IMG/VR virus record: IMGVR_UViG_3300001336_000006
Location: 1-59,840 of that record
From: a virus
Taxonomy: Duplodnaviria; Caudoviricetes
Direction: 5' to 3' (one strand)
DNA: 59,840 bases
The notes below the pieces were generated by a model. That model was not told the DNA's origin and did no database searches. It was given only the letters and a program-made list of their open reading frames with translations. Each line of letters begins with the position of its first letter. The first letter of the stretch is position 1. Of the stretch, positions 58,178 to 59,840 are shown in pieces. Made by a program: the position numbers and the translations under genes.

Positions 58178-59728
58178 ATGAAAACAAAAGAAAAAAAACA
58201 TTTGGATATTCCATTAGATTTTTTATTTGAAAACTTTCTTGACGAAGGTGTTCATGATAAATCTATTTTCAAAGCTGTGTTTTTAGCTGGTGGTTCGGGA
58301 TCTGGGAAAGATTATGTCCTAAGCAAAACTTTAGATGGTCATGGATTGACAGAAATCAATTCAGATAAAGCCTTAGAGTTTTTGATGGATAAACATAAGT
58401 TAGATAAAAAAATGCCAGATTCGGAAGAAAGGGAAAGAACCTTTCTTCGTGGAAAAGCCAAAAATATGACAGAGCTAAAACAAAGATTGGCTATTCATGG
58501 TAAAAATGGATTGATTGTTAATGGAACTGGCGCAGATCATGAGCACGTTTCAAAAGTAAAAGATATGTTAGAGAAGCATGGTTATGAAACATCCATGGTC
58601 ATGGTTCATACTAGTGATGAAGCTTCTAGGAAAAGAAATATTGCTAGGGGTGACCGTGGCGGCAGGACAGTTCCAGAAGATGTTAGAGCTGAGAAGTGGA
58701 AGGGTGCTCAAGCAAATAGACCGAAATATAAAGAGTTGTTTGGGGACCATTATCACGAATTTGATAATTCACACGATAAAGACACTGCCCCAAAAGAAGT
58801 CATCAACAAAAAAGAAAAAGAGTTGATGGACATTCATAAGAAAATTAAGAAATTTGTTTCCAAACCAACAGATTCGTTACATGCCAATAATTGGATCGCA
58901 TCAGAATTAGCGAAAAAACAAAACAACACTATAAACAAAAAAGAACAGGTTTTAATGCCACATCCAACATCAACAGTTCATAAGACAGCAACCAATAAAG
59001 GTCTTGAATATTATGGTTCAGGTAAATATGGTCAGAAGGGTAAAGTGACACATCATTCAGTCAATAATAAATTGTTGTCAACGGTTAATGAAAACTTTGA
59101 TCAATTTTTAAACGAAGAAGTTAATATTTCAATATCTGCTGACACACCAGAAGAAGCTATTCACACGATGAATCTACTGAGAGGTGAGCCTTCTAGAGTT
59201 CCGGATACAAATACAATGTCGGACAAAGTTCCTAAAAATCTTTTGACATTAGGTAGAGGTTTTGGTGTTATAGAGCCACAAGTCAGTGCAGGTTCAGTTA
59301 ATATTATGCCGAGCTTGAGTACTGAAGAAGATCAAGAAGAAAAAAAACCACACAATTATCTAGCAGACAAAAATGGTAACCCTAGAGTGTTTATGTTAAG
59401 ACATGTAGCCGCAAAAGAAGCTCATGTCAAAAATGGTGATGTTGTTAAAACACCTAAAGGATATCATGTTAAACTGAAAGAGGATGTTCAGATGATGAGC
59501 GAATCTGTTATTAACGAGATTGATGCAGGTACAGAACAGGGGATGTCTTTGTCTGGACACAACAAAGAGTTCCTTGGTAAAGACGGGAAAATCACATCGG
59601 TTAGAAAAAAAGGTTTGAAAGAACTCACCGGTGATACAACAACTCATAGTATCGGTGCACAGAAAGATGATGAGTTGAAAAAACAAGGCATTTCATTAGC
59701 AACTTTTAGATCAAAGAATCCACTATGA
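58178..59728 (+). CDS. Zeta-toxin-like P-loop kinase domain plus C-terminal modules
   Basis: KAVFLAGGSGSGK, INSD, GLIVNGTG, GYET.MV.V.TS.E..R.RN..R...R.VP, FDNS. Confidence 0.8.
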   Translation: MKTKEKKHLDIPLDFLFENFLDEGVHDKSIFKAVFLAGGSGSGKDYVLSKTLDGHGLTEINSDKALEFLMDKHKLDKKMPDSEERERTFLRGKAKNMTELKQRLAIHGKNGLIVNGTGADHEHVSKVKDMLEKHGYETSMVMVHTSDEASRKRNIARGDRGGRTVPEDVRAEKWKGAQANRPKYKELFGDHYHEFDNSHDKDTAPKEVINKKEKELMDIHKKIKKFVSKPTDSLHANNWIASELAKKQNNTINKKEQVLMPHPTSTVHKTATNKGLEYYGSGKYGQKGKVTHHSVNNKLLSTVNENFDQFLNEEVNISISADTPEEAIHTMNLLRGEPSRVPDTNTMSDKVPKNLLTLGRGFGVIEPQVSAGSVNIMPSLSTEEDQEEKKPHNYLADKNGNPRVFMLRHVAAKEAHVKNGDVVKTPKGYHVKLKEDVQMMSESVINEIDAGTEQGMSLSGHNKEFLGKDGKITSVRKKGLKELTGDTTTHSIGAQKDDELKKQGISLATFRSKNPL

Positions 59729-59840
59729 AAACATTAAGTAACTTTATCACAGAAGATTGGCAGAAAATCAACAGACAAGATAAAACTGATGGTTTATCAC
59801 AGAAAGCTGTTAATGCTTATCGCAGAGAAAATCCGGGTTC
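59725..59840 (+). CDS. Partial ORF (MKTLSNFITEDWQKINRQDKTDGLSQKAVNAYRRENPG...), probable head-internal protein
   Basis: ATGA overlap with the previous stop; open to the window end; N-terminus resembles the T4 capsid-targeting sequence. Confidence 0.7.
   Translation, partial: MKTLSNFITEDWQKINRQDKTDGLSQKAVNAYRRENPG

Noticed and set aside
15082-59686. Minus-strand ORFs throughout the core region
   Set aside because: All are antisense to well-supported + strand genes and show no recognisable motifs
1-59840. Alternative genetic code or stop-codon reassignment
   Set aside because: Core genes translate full length with the standard code, and TAA, TGA and TAG all serve as stops

Overview
A 59.8-kb, AT-rich segment of a T4-like (Tevenvirinae-type, probably environmental) myovirus genome; all convincing genes are on the + strand. 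From left to right: (1) a fibre module (1-14.7 kb) with a 1448-aa repetitive fibre, three tandem collagen-like proteins with peptidase-S74 chaperone tails, two 2OG-Fe(II) oxygenases, a GT2-TPR-oxygenase fusion and a GT2-methyltransferase fusion; (2) the T4 core morphogenesis block gp13-14-15-16-17-18-19-20-67-68-21-22-23-3, with a free-standing GIY-YIG endonuclease; (3) the recombination/replication block uvsY-(HNH)-uvsW-55-47-46-pdf-gp1-45-44-62-regA-hsp20, an accessory operon, then 43-uvsX-41; (4) a second glycosyltransferase/sugar-nucleotide cluster (52.4-58.1 kb) and a zeta-toxin-like kinase. Most notable: the three collagens each have exactly 166 Gly-X-Y triplet positions once single missing glycines are restored, which suggests a heterotrimeric, enzymatically modified phage collagen; the gp41 helicase is broken inside its Walker A motif by an atypical split intein with a 16-aa N-fragment; there is a ROSE-like thermometer leader on hsp20; and CCWGG appears to be avoided across the window while AGCT is depleted only in certain modules. 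All family assignments come from motif recognition by eye, not from database searches.
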